Assembly (NCBI GenBank): GCA_964016885.1
Contig: OZ024740.1
Coordinates: forward strand, 391,902,001-391,966,000
Direction of reading: 5' to 3'
Source: Eledone cirrhosa
Lineage: Eukaryota
DNA: 64,000 nt
Shown here in pieces: positions 13,809-25,242 of the stretch. Under the pieces are notes generated by a model, which was not told the origin of the DNA, ran no database searches, and saw nothing but the letters and a program-made list of their open reading frames with translations. Numbering within the stretch: the stretch's first letter is position 1; every line of letters starts with the position of its first letter. Both the position numbers and the translations under genes were made by a program.

Positions 13809-13933
13809 TATGTGAGCGAGACCTGGAAGAGTACGGCAAAAATAGAGAGACTGCTGAACACTTTCCACCAGCGGTGCCTGCGAAAGATCCTTCGTGTGTC
13901 CTGGCGCGACCGAGTGCGAAACGAGGAGATCCT
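13809..13933 (+). repeat. Exact 125 bp copy of 12619-12743 (RTE internal piece)
   Basis: tatgtgagcgagacctgg...aacgaggagatcct identical in both places. Confidence 0.9.
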
Positions 13934-14259
13934 CGTTCTTTGGAACAACAAATCTAAGTGCAAAATGTTATATACGTTTCCAGACATTCGTGGAGGGTTG
14001 TTGGTTTATATTTGTTGCCTCTTTTATTATAAGCACACACACACACACACACATTTATATATATATATATATATATACATAATAATTAATTCGTGTATGT
14101 GTTGGTTTCTTACCGACACTTCAGTATACAGGGTAGAGCACTCGACGAAGTACGCAGGTTGCTCTGTTTACGCCGGAGTAATGTAATTAAATAGCTCTGT
14201 ACAATACATAGAGCACTCTTCCTTCCTTTACCTCTTCTACTGAAATACTTAGCACATAA

Positions 14260-14320
<61 letters not shown>

Positions 14321-14629
14321 AAATATTAAAAAAATAATGAATAAAACAATGAAACAGTTCCTTATATTAAACAAAAAAAGTTCATTATTTAACGATCGTT
14401 TCTAGGATATATATGTGTTAGAATTGGCATGCATATTCAACAGATCTATGTACAAAATTATACAAAATTATACAAACTATCAAAATTAAATATACATACC
14501 AACACATATATATGCCGTCTTCAGAAATAATGAAATATATTTATTGATAATAACAACAATTCAAAATTACAGGTCTGTTTGGGAACAGAGTTCAAATTGA
14601 CCAATGAAAACACAAAAAGTTTATACAGT

Positions 14630-14802
14630 TAGCATATTGTTAGTGTGATGTCCCTGAGGTATGTATGATGAGATAGATATGGTTTTGTAGATGTAGTTTC
14701 CATTTATTTAGTATCGTAAATATACTCCAAATACTTGTTGAGTGCTTTTATATCAGTTATAAATATTTACTAGTTGTAACCCAACAATTTAAATATAACT
14801 TT

Positions 14803-14804
<2 letters not shown>
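14630..14804 (+). mobile_element. Family E 3' fragment carrying clustered A>G changes
   Basis: Gap-free alignment to 47232-47404 (offset 32602); 13 A>G among 15 differences in 14643-14715. Confidence 0.85.
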
Positions 14805-14850
<46 letters not shown>

Positions 14851-14890
14851 AGTTGATGTGTGTATGTGTATGTATATATGTATGTATATG

Positions 14891-14973
<83 letters not shown>

Positions 14974-15264
14974 TGTGAATGTATATATGTATGTATGTGT
15001 GTATATATATATATATATACATGTGTGTGTATATATGTATATGTCTATGTATTTTTATGTGTATATGTATGTGTCTCTATATGTATGCGTGTGTGTATGT
15101 GTATGTGTATTTATATGGTGTGTGTATGTATATGTATGTGTATGTATGTGTTTATGTATATGTGTATGTATATGTATGTATATATATGTATATATATATA
15201 TATATGTATATATATATGTATATGTATGTATATCGATGTATATTTTATATTTTACTTGTTTATA

Positions 15265-15365
<101 letters not shown>

Positions 15366-16018
15366 TTTCTTAATATTTTTCTTTTTTCTTTTTCTTTTTT
15401 CTTTTTCTTTTTCTTTTTCTTTTTCTTTTTCTTTTTCTTTTTCTTTTTCTTTTTCTTTCTAAATTTATAGATACATTTATAAATAGGCAGTTTGCTGACA
15501 CCTGTAAATACTGACCTCTTCCCCCCCCCCCCACCTACTTTCTGTATCTGGATCTTAATGTGTGTGGCAGTGTTTATGTGCGCGCATTAATGTCCATATG
15601 CTCATGATAATAGTATATACACATATATGTGTGTGGGGGTGTGTGTGTGTATGTATGTTCGTGGTTGTGTGTATGTTTATGCGTATACGCGCGTGTGTGT
15701 GAATGTATGTATATGTGTGAGTATATGAATGTGTATATATTTATTTTTATATTTATATGTTTATATGCGTATACGTATTTTATCTGTAGATTATAAACAT
15801 ACAGAGACATTAGCACTGAATTTTTGTATTTACATACATCTTTTCGACATGCGCATGCATGTGGACATATATATTTTTATGCATATCTGTGAACGAAGTT
15901 ACTTACATATATACACACACCTAACTGTATAAACTTTTTGTGTTTTCATTGGTCAATTTGAACTCTGTTCCCAAACAGACCTGTAATTTTGAATTGTTGT
16001 TATTATCAATAAATATAT

Positions 16019-16172
16019 TTCATTATTTCTGAAGACGGCATATATATGTGTTGGTATGTATATTTAATTTTGATAGTTTGTATAATTTTGTATAATTTTG
16101 TACATAGATCTGTTGAATATGCATGCCAATTCTAACACATATATATCCTAGAAACGATCGTTAAATAATGAA
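16019..16172 (+). ncRNA. Type-I hammerhead ribozyme, family D (long stem II)
   Basis: TTCATTATTT-CTGAAGA-cggc-ATATATATGTGTT...AACACATATATAT-ccta-GAAAC-GATC-GT-T-AAATAATGAA; perfect 10 bp stem I, palindromic ACGATCGT stem III. Inverted copy at 14381-14534. Confidence 0.8.
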
Positions 16173-16366
16173 CTTTTTTTGTTTAATATAAGGAACTGTT
16201 TCATTGTTTTATTCATTATTTTTTTAATATTTTATCTTGACTCTGTATTCCGTTTATCTTTCACCGAAAGTGATTTTTCATTGCATCTCTTCTTTCCATG
16301 ATATCCGGATTACATTGAGTTCTTCATACGGATTGGACACTACCGTAAACTCTTGGTAGATTTATC

Positions 16367-16435
<69 letters not shown>

Positions 16436-16439
<4 letters not shown>

Positions 16440-18058
16440 AATGAATAATAACAGGTAGACATCATAAAAAGGTAGTTTATTCCGTGTGCTTACAAGTGTT
16501 TCCACGGTGGTACTGCAGCCTAGTTCCGCTACGTGCAAATTCACAAGTATTTGCAGAACTCGAATATCCAATGCTGTGACCACTGTTTCCTCAGAGCAGA
16601 ATGGTAAATATACAATGTAAAAACCCTTAAGTGGGGTTGTTGGGGAAGATAGAGTGGAACAGGAAGAGAGAAAAGTAGGGAAGATGGAGAGAGAAGGAAA
16701 GATATGCAGGGGTTGGAGAAGTAGGAGAGAGTGGCTTGTAGATATCTTAATCAAAATGTTATGGTAGGGGTTTTATTAGTTACTTTTGGAGAGATGCGTA
16801 GATAGTTGAGGTCGGAATTATTTATTGCCCCAGAGGTCAAGTTCATAGATGTTGAGAAGGAGGTAGGTCAAAGGTGAGAGAGAGAGAGTGTAATGGATGT
16901 AGAGAGAGATATATAGGTAGAGAGGGGACAGATAAAGTATATGTGGTGAGTGAACTTTTGGTTTTGTAGTAGTAATCTAGGAATTGTACTGAGTTACCAT
17001 GTATAGTGATAAGCAGTGTATTGTCTTGTAGTGTGGGGGAGAAGAGAAGGTTGTTAGCTAGGAAGTGGTGTTGTAGTTACGGGTTCGAATGTTAAGTTAT
17101 TTTATAGTGAGAGAATTTAGCTTTTAGTTTGTGGTTGCAGTATAATGATCGTTCAATTCTATCGTTAAGTAGTTTGTTTTGGGATTTTAGTATGTAAAAT
17201 AGCTCAAGGTTACATAACCTGCAGTACTTCAAACCACTCCGATATGCATTTGCGCTGGAAAGTATATCCCATTTTAAGGTGAACTGTTGGTTGTGTTCAC
17301 GGAGTTGCCAGGTCTTGTTGGCGAGCGTGGTCACAAAACGGTGATTCTGATGTTTGATTGAGAATCGATGACGGTACCAGCGAGATTTAAACGATGTGGT
17401 GGTAGATCCGATATAATACCATTTCTGGTCGTCCGATTCAACCGTGCATTGGTAAACAATGCTGGACTTTAGGCATTCATTCTGCAATGGACATCTTTCA
17501 GGTAGATGGTAGTTACATGCTTTGTTGTGGGTAGCGGGTATACCATGGATAGGTTGTGATAGCGGTACAGGTGGGTTGTGCAATACCCGTCTCCCATTTA
17601 GTGGTTGGGAGGCAGATATTGCGTTCTGCCCATCTGTTACTAAAATGTTTTGTTTTGTAGAGTTGTTTAATTGCCTTAAGTTAAGTTTTTTTATGTATGC
17701 TTCAAGGTTTGGTGCCGTGGAGTATGATAGTCTAATAGTTTTGGAGTTCAGAATTTTGCTGTACTTATGGGAACTAGGGAAGTGTTTATTGATTAATTTA
17801 AAGAATGAAAGAGATAGTTTTGTACTAATCGAGGCATTAAAAATAGGATTATACCAGATATACTTTCTACAACGTGATTTATTTGGTGGTGAACTTCTAT
17901 TATTAGTATGTCTGGTAGTATAGTGTGTGTGTGCTTGTGTTTTAGTCCCCCGGTTACGTATACCTTGATTACGTGTAGAGCTATGTGTGTTGTGGAAATT
18001 ACTATCGATGTATTCTATTGTATCCCGGTGGTCAGCATTCCTTAATGCATTATTGTAG
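16436..18058 (-). mobile_element. 5'-truncated Naiad-like PLE-C (thumb/linker + GIY-YIG + pLTR)
   Basis: Peptide 18058-17092: YYNNAL, IWYNP.F, KHFP..H.YSKILN..TIRLSYS, CN...RCPLQNECL, IVYQC, YYIGST..FKSR, CRLC..E, CNHK; (TA)n at both ends. Confidence 0.88.
16487..16598 (-). ncRNA. Type-I hammerhead ribozyme, family C
   Basis: Reverse complement: TGCT-CTGAGGA-a-ACAGTGGT...ACCACCGT-g-GAAAC-ACTT-GT-A-AGCA; GUA triplet; lies in the PLE-C pLTR. Confidence 0.72.
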
Positions 18059-18074
18059 TAAATATATATATATA

Positions 18075-18495
18075 CGGAGTCTGTGCTGCTGTACGGGTCT
18101 GAGACTTGGACACTGACCAAGAAACTCACTCAGATGGTGAATGGGTGCTACACGAGAATGCTGAGGATGGCTCTGAACATTAATCAGTATACACTGAGGA
18201 GGAAAAAACTCAGAGCTGTATGGGAGCCTCCCAAAAGTCAGCTCAAAAGTGACACAGAGGAGACTGAGGTTAGCTGGACATGCTCACCGACATCCTGAGT
18301 TGACATTGCACTCAGTGCTCCTGTGGGAGCCTCTACATGGACACACTGGAAGAGGAAGACCAAGGTTAACGTATGTTGAGGCCCTAAGGACAGACACAGG
18401 TCTGTTGGAGACGCAGGACATGGCAGAGATAATGAGGGACAGAGACGACTGGAGAGAACTCGTCCATGGATCTCGGGAATTTTAACCGCCCTAGA
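18075..18495 (+). mobile_element. RTE-clade LINE 3' fragment
   Basis: ESVLLYGSETWTL, GCYTRMLRMALN, RRLRLAGH..RHPE, LWEP.HG..GRGRPRLTY motifs. Confidence 0.85.
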
Positions 18496-18515
18496 AAATA
18501 TATATATATATATAT

Positions 18516-18707
18516 AACGAAGAAAGTGTGGTAAGGAATCAGATGGACCATAATGCACCAGAGTACTCAATACTTAGAGTAGTAGAGTGAGTAATAGGAA
18601 AATGTTTAATCCCGACGGCAGAGCTCAAGCCGTTTCGACGGCTATTTTTGTACTCAGAAATAGCCATCGAAACGGCTTGAGCTCTGCCGTCGGGGTTAAA
18701 CATTTTC
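18516..18707 (-). mobile_element. Family A pLTR 3' stub with fold-back inversion
   Basis: 18516-18646 matches the reverse complement of the PLE-A pLTR end; ~18598-18647 and ~18658-18707 are inverted repeats containing the 3' half of HHR-A. Confidence 0.8.
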
Positions 18708-18857
18708 ATATATATATTGTTATACTTTGGGAGGGTCATGTTGCCAATAAGAAACACATGCACCAGTTGCTTTCACTTCAATTTATTATAAATTAAATTT
18801 AGAAATTTAGAAATTTCCGTTTGGTTGGTTCCACAACCAGACGATTGTTCATATATT

Positions 18858-18900
18858 GTCAAAGTTCTTTCGTCATACATTCTGTGACCTCTTCAGTGAC
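18858..18900 (-). ncRNA. Minimal type-I hammerhead ribozyme, family B
   Basis: Reverse complement GTCA-CTGAAGA-G-GTCA-cagaatgta-TGAC-GAAA-GAAC-TT-TGAC; second copy at 22736-22778. Confidence 0.75.
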
Positions 18901-19099
18901 TGGGGATTCTTTTCTTTGTTTTTGTGCCTTTCCTTTTTTCTGTCGTATGCCATCTTGTTTTTGTGTGTGTTGTTTGCTTAGTTTGCGCATGTGTTACATC
19001 CGGGTGTCTCTGTGTGTTTATATTTGTTTATTTATTTGTTTATTTACATGTTACTGGTTGGTTGTTTGTTCTATGTGTGTGTGTGTTTTCATTTTGTCC

Positions 19100-22000
19100 T
19101 TAATTGTAAGTTGTGATGTTGCTGTTTCATTCATGTTTTCTATTTAATTTTGGTTGGAGTTCATTTATGTTTATTGCCTCTGTGATTTGTCTAAACATTG
19201 CGTCTTTTCTGTGTGTAGATTCTATTTTTATTTCTGTTCTCTAATTTACCCTTATGTTCTATTTTAGCATGTTGGTGGAGTACAGATGATTCTTTACTAT
19301 CTTGAAGCTCTCGCCAGTGTTCATTTATCCGTTCCCCTATACTACGAGCTGTCTCACCTATGTACACTATATTCTTATCTCTACATTGTCCTTCAGTACA
19401 TCTTATGCTATATACTACATTTCTAGTTTACAGATTATACATTTCTTATTTATACAGGGATATCTTTGAAAAGGGTATGTATTGCTAATAAGTGTTTTTA
19501 TGGAGGTACCTGGTCTTTCTATTATATTAATATTGAGTTTATGTTTATCTACGGCCCTTCTAAATTTATAAGCTAATTCACCTCTAGGTGTTGTATCGAT
19601 GAACATTACACTCTGGTATTTATTGCTATCATACCATGAGTTTATTCTATTAACCTTATTCCTAATTCTTTCTATTCTAATCCAAACTTTGCTCTTATAC
19701 AAGGGGCAGGTCCCATTTGTATCATTATTTACCATTTTTCCCCATTTGGTTCTGGCTCCTCTATATACTCTGATTTCTCATCACCCGTACCAAATCCGGA
19801 ATCAGTATGTTGATTTTGGTATGGTCCGAAACAGCTGAGTTTCGGTGGATCAGATATTTGGAGGTCATGGGTTTGGCATAATGGGAATTGAGGATTTGTT
19901 TTTTGTTATTAATGGTATCTAACCAGAGCTCTGTGTTGGGGTGTTTGATTGGGTAGTCTATAGTAACTCATATACTCTGGTGGATGGAGTTAGCTATTTG
20001 CTGGATGCTTTCCATGGTGTTTTTCTCTAATTCCTGACTGTTCTCTAGTGGGGTATTTTTACTACGATGTTTATATCATCAACGTTGTTCTTTAATTTTG
20101 AGTTTAAGTCTATTGTCCCACCATACCATGAATAGGTTAGCTATGCCACCTGCAATGCTAACACCAATGGCTGCTCCCTCCTCTTGGGCATATGTTTTTC
20201 CATTAAATTTGAACATATGTTCCTTAAGGGTTAATTTTATACTGGCCCCCACCGCATGTGCAATCATTTTCTTTAGTTCATCGTGGTTTTCGGGGGTCCG
20301 TATGGCTCTGGTCGACCCGTTCCATCTATCTGTGTGGGTTTTCTTGTCCATTGAGGTAATGGTAAGTGGTCTGCCTCTTGCTGGTCTTGTAGGGCACAGG
20401 TTGCTAAGGTCATATGTATCTAGATAATCATTACTATAGGTAAGTTTAAGTAGGAGTCCCAGCTCACTGGTATCAATCCCACGGAATTCAACATTGCTCT
20501 CACTGATCATTTCTACGCATTTCTCCACAGCAAAATCCACGTCAATAGATGGATACAGGGACACAACATCCATACTACCTATTATGCAGTTTGTTAGGTC
20601 CCTAGATCGGTTACTCTCGCCGATTCTGCTGAGGAGGTCCTCCGTGCTGTCACATATATCTGGGGACATTTCAATGATGGGGCGTATGATCAGGTAGAGG
20701 AAGTAGGACAGTCTGTAGTTACTAGCAATGTTTGTGGTCCTGTGACAGGGTCACTGATCGTTTTATGGTCTTTTCGAAGCCTATACAACGCTGGCACGTC
20801 ATTGTTCCAGGCCTGGAAGTTGTTGGCAGTCCTTTTGTTGGGCTGCATTATATTTGTCCACATGATCATATGGGCATTGAGGGTTTTTTCCCTATCCTCA
20901 TGCTCTTGTGGTGTTACTTCTCTTGTGTTAGTGATGTGTGGTTGCATTGCCTGGATGTAGTTTGACAGACTGTCAACCGACATTCTGCCAGAGTTGTCTG
21001 TTGGAAAGCATGCAATCTCTCCATTACACGAGCGCTGCATGAGCTTACGCAAGCCATTTGCAGATTTTTCTCCCAGTTGCTGGGCCTCCATTCTATTTTG
21101 CTTTTTGCCATACTGTTCTATAATATTTCTAAGTTTAGATCTAGCTATACTAAATTGTGCTTCTGTTTGTTCATCGACCTGAGACGGCAATTGCGTGCGT
21201 TTGTTAAAAGCTAAAGTCGTGGCGTGGACTCGTCGTAGGTCGAAGGACATATCGGAAGGATTATAAAAAGTAGAGTTCCAGGTTGCTGCTTTATGTGTAC
21301 TATTGCTATTGTTATTGTTAGTTGTGTTGTTTCTATTTCTATTTCCACCAACAGCCTCATGGTTGTTTCTATGTCTCTCATTATTACTTCTGTCGCTTTC
21401 CTCTGGCTCATTGTTATTATCTACTCTATTTTGTGTGTCTGTGTGTTCGTCCTGGTTATTTTCTCTGTCAGTATCGATAGTCTCCCTTCTCCTTTCAATC
21501 CTATTACCTTCCCTTATTTCTGTGTTACTGTCATTACCTGTTTTCTGTGTCTGTGTGTTTGTTAAGATTGTGTTGGTGGTGGTGGTGGTGAGAGGCATAG
21601 AATGTGTGTGTGTTGTTGTTGTTGGTGTGTGCTGTTGTTGATGCGTGTTGCTGTTGTTGTCTCCGTGTATGTTATTATTGTTGTGTGTGTCGTTATTGTT
21701 GTTTGTGTCTGTTGTTATTGTTTCTGAGTATGTTATTATTGTTGATGTGTGTGTTGTTGTTATCGTTGTTTGTGTCTGTGTGTCTGTTGTTGTTGGGTGT
21801 GTTGTATGTGCGCGCGTGTGTGTGTGTGTGTGTGTGTGCATATGTTGTTACTTTTGTTTTTGTATTTGTTTTTGAGGCTCCAACGTAATTTTGTAAATGA
21901 TTTTTCTATTTCTGACAAGCATTTTATCATATTTACCTTATTATATGTGGCATATTTAGGTGGTAGCTGTAATATCGATAATTCACCAGAGTCGACTGTA

Positions 22001-22605
22001 GTGTTGCCGTATATATTTGTGTTGTTGTTGTTGAATTCATCTGTTAATGAGATGTCGGCCATATTTATCCCGTCAATTTTGTCGGGATAACTATCGATAT
22101 TCTCTAAAGTATCTTGATTTAGTTTTATCTGTTTGAGCCACTTTAGTTTCTTGCTAAAGTGCTTGTCACATTCTTGAACAATGTACTTTTCTTCAAGACA
22201 TATAAGGTTTATAAATATTAATTTTTCTCTTGGTGTGGTGATCTTAGTTATTTCTTGTATTAGGTTACGCTTAAGTTTTTCTTGATGACTTAATTCTCTG
22301 TAAATCTTCTTTTTTATATTTAGAATTAGTGTTCGCTTTAGCCTATCTGCTTGCTTTTTGGTGAGTTGTAATCTTCTTACATCGGTGTTGATGGTGTTGG
22401 TGTAAACTCGGGACGAGGCACATTCTTTTATGAAGTGTAGTTGTCGAGATGTTATTGTTTTTCGTAGACAACAGAACATCGTGGTTTTCAGTATCTTGTT
22501 AGCATGGCTAAGGCTTACGATATTTCGTTTCTGAATTTGTTTAGCAAGATTCTTTATCTGAAAACGTGTGTTGAAACCGATATTGTTATACTTTGGGAGG
22601 GTCAT
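19100..22605 (-). pseudogene. PLE-B RT + GIY-YIG ORF, frameshifted/deleted, with Asn/Thr-rich insert
   Basis: Starts [15 protein letters not shown]; LQLPPKYA, PTDNSGR, LYRLRKDHK, GSMDVVSLYPSI, QEEGAAIG...IANLFM, VDDINIV (~20056-20076), FIDTTPRGELA, C...KCIIC, VYIGETARSIGERINEH, RQITEA. Confidence 0.9.
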
Positions 22606-23379
22606 GTTGCCAATAAGAAACACACGCACCAGTTGCTTTCACTTCAATTTATTATAAATTAAATTTATAAATTTAGGAATTCATAAATTTCCTGTTGATT
22701 GGTTGGTTCCACAACCAGACGATTGTTCATATATTGTCAAAGTTCTTTCGTCACACATTCTGTGACCTCTTCAGTGACTGGGGATCCTTTTCTTTGTTTT
22801 TGTGCCTCTCCTTTGTTCTATCTGTCCTACGCCATCTTGTTTTTGTGTGTGGTGTGTGCTTAGTTTGTGCATGTGTTACATCCGGGTGTCTGTGTGTGTT
22901 TATATTTGTTTATTTATTCGTTTATTTACATGTTACTGGTTGGTTGTTTGTTCTATGTGCGTGTGTGTTTTCATTTTGTCCTTAATTGTAAGTTGTGATG
23001 TTGCTGTTCCACTCATGTTTTCTATTTAATTTTGGTTGGAGTTCATTTATGTTTATTGCCTCTGTGATTTGTCTAAACATTGCGTCTTTTCTATGTGTAG
23101 ATTCTATTTTTATTTCTATGTTCTCCAATTTACCCTTATGTTCTATTTTAGCATGTTGGTTGAGTACAGATGATTCTTTACTATCTTGAAGCTCTCGCCA
23201 GTGTTCATTTATCCGTTCTCCTATACTACGAGCTGTCTCACCTATGTACACTATATTCTTATCTCTACATTGTCCTTCAGTACATCTTATGCTATATACA
23301 ACATTTTTAGTTTATAACAATATCGGTTTCAACACACGTTTTCAGATAAAGAATCTTGCTAAACAAATTCAGAAATGAA

Positions 23380-23460
<81 letters not shown>

Positions 23461-23559
23461 TATATATATAGGAAAGTACAAAATAACAACAACGCAGGAG
23501 TAAAAGTTACAAATGGTATTAGGCTCACGCTTAGTGATAGCGGGTGGTGCGGGTGCGAT

Positions 23560-23645
<86 letters not shown>

Positions 23646-23946
23646 GTGTGTGTGTGTTTGTAATTTGTCTTAGATAATATCAGTCTAGAATCGCTCCAAC
23701 GATATGAGTCATTGTATTTGTTAACCAGTATAGATTTTTGTCAAAATTACATCTCGTCACATTTATATCTTCTTGACTAAACATCAATATTTAAATTACG
23801 TTAAAAAATGTCGCTAAATGTCTGCAATCAAATATGGGATAAATCGATTTTAGATATAATTTCCCCCGTACCTCCCCCCACACGCACACATATATGCACA
23901 GATAGATATATGATAACATATGTATATATGTATGCATATATGTGTG

Positions 23947-23990
<44 letters not shown>

Positions 23991-24685
23991 CGTGTGTGAG
24001 TGTACATATATATATATACATATGTATGTATATATATAAATATATAAAATATATATATGTGGTTGTTTGTGTATGTGTGTATATATATATATTTATATTA
24101 ACTAGCAGTATTACAAAAACACTATTATTTATAATAGATGCATATATGAAAGCATATACAATATGTTTATGTATAATATACATTCTTAAGTCTATGTGTG
24201 TGTAATTTAACTGTGATTATGCCACAGCTAAACTACAAGCCGTGTAAGAACAGCAGACACCAATGTTTCAGGTATTGAGGATTATGTATGTGTACCTATG
24301 TATTTTTCTGTCTGTATGTATGCAACGGGGACATTAAAATATTCGGTTTGGTGCCGAGCACGTGGGTAGCTTACTTGGGGTGAGAAACCCCTAGTTCTTG
24401 TCAGGATATCATTCTAGAAAGAATATTCTGACGAAAAACCTGCGATTCGATAACAGCCAATGATGCTGACCTATTCTTCTTTTTGGATACCTGTCGCCAT
24501 TGCCAGAGAGGAAGATTGGTCCTGTGCAAGGCCTTTCTCACTTCAAATACAGACATCATTTGATTTGAACGACTCCCATGTGTGTTGCGTGAGCACGGCC
24601 TTTTCCTTTTTCTTTCGCTGCAGCATATGCAGAAAGGAATCTAAGTCCTTGGGAAAAACAAAAATGTCTTGCTCGTGCCACCGAA

Positions 24686-24730
24686 ATGGTAATTCTCGAA
24701 ACCGAGATGGTAATTCTCGAAACCGAGATG
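24686..24730. repeat. 21 bp tandem repeat (2 units)
   Basis: atggtaattctcgaaaccgag x2. Confidence 0.8.
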
Positions 24731-24987
24731 CAGACATTATGTTTGTATGTATGTATGAATGTATGTATGTATGGTTCAAAATAAAAAGGGTAATCACAGG
24801 GGTACAATTATACAAAGTCTTATTAGTCTTCATGCTTCTTGGAAAAGGAAAATGATGTCTATATGTTATTCTTTCCTTGAGAAAGAACAAGGTTATGATA
24901 ACGAGGTTGAAATGTTGAAATTGAAAAAGATTTTTGTCATTATGTGTAATGTGAGCAAGCAAGAGGTCGAATGTGCGGATACGGGTG

Positions 24988-25026
<39 letters not shown>

Positions 25027-25029
<3 letters not shown>

Positions 25030-25114
25030 CATAACGCACCAGAGTACTCGATACTTAGGGTAGACCTAGCTGTCGAAACAGCCGGAGCTCAGCCGTCGGG
25101 GTCCTGACTCTTTT

Positions 25115-25116
<2 letters not shown>
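25027..25116 (-). mobile_element. Family A-related pLTR stub with short inversion
   Basis: ccataacgcaccagagtactcgatacttagggtaga (reverse of pLTR-A tail) joined to tagctgtcgaaacagccggagctcagccgtcggggt (HHR-A 3' half, plus strand); embedded in (TA)n. Confidence 0.7.
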
Positions 25117-25167
<51 letters not shown>

Positions 25168-25191
25168 ATAATAATAATAATAATAATTTTA

Positions 25192-25242
<51 letters not shown>

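Larger units (their letters stand above)
18714..23381 (-). mobile_element. Penelope-like element PLE-B, near full length, partial tandem with 5' inverted piece
   Basis: Direct repeats ~18714-19430 and ~22580-23313 (each with the GIY-YIG 3' end and an HHR); 23313-23381 is an inverted copy of ~22521-22590; flanked by (TA)n. Confidence 0.92.

Noticed and set aside
14140-14256. TCGACGA-AGTA...TACT-GAAA hammerhead-like motif
   Set aside because: Core deviates and stem I does not pair.
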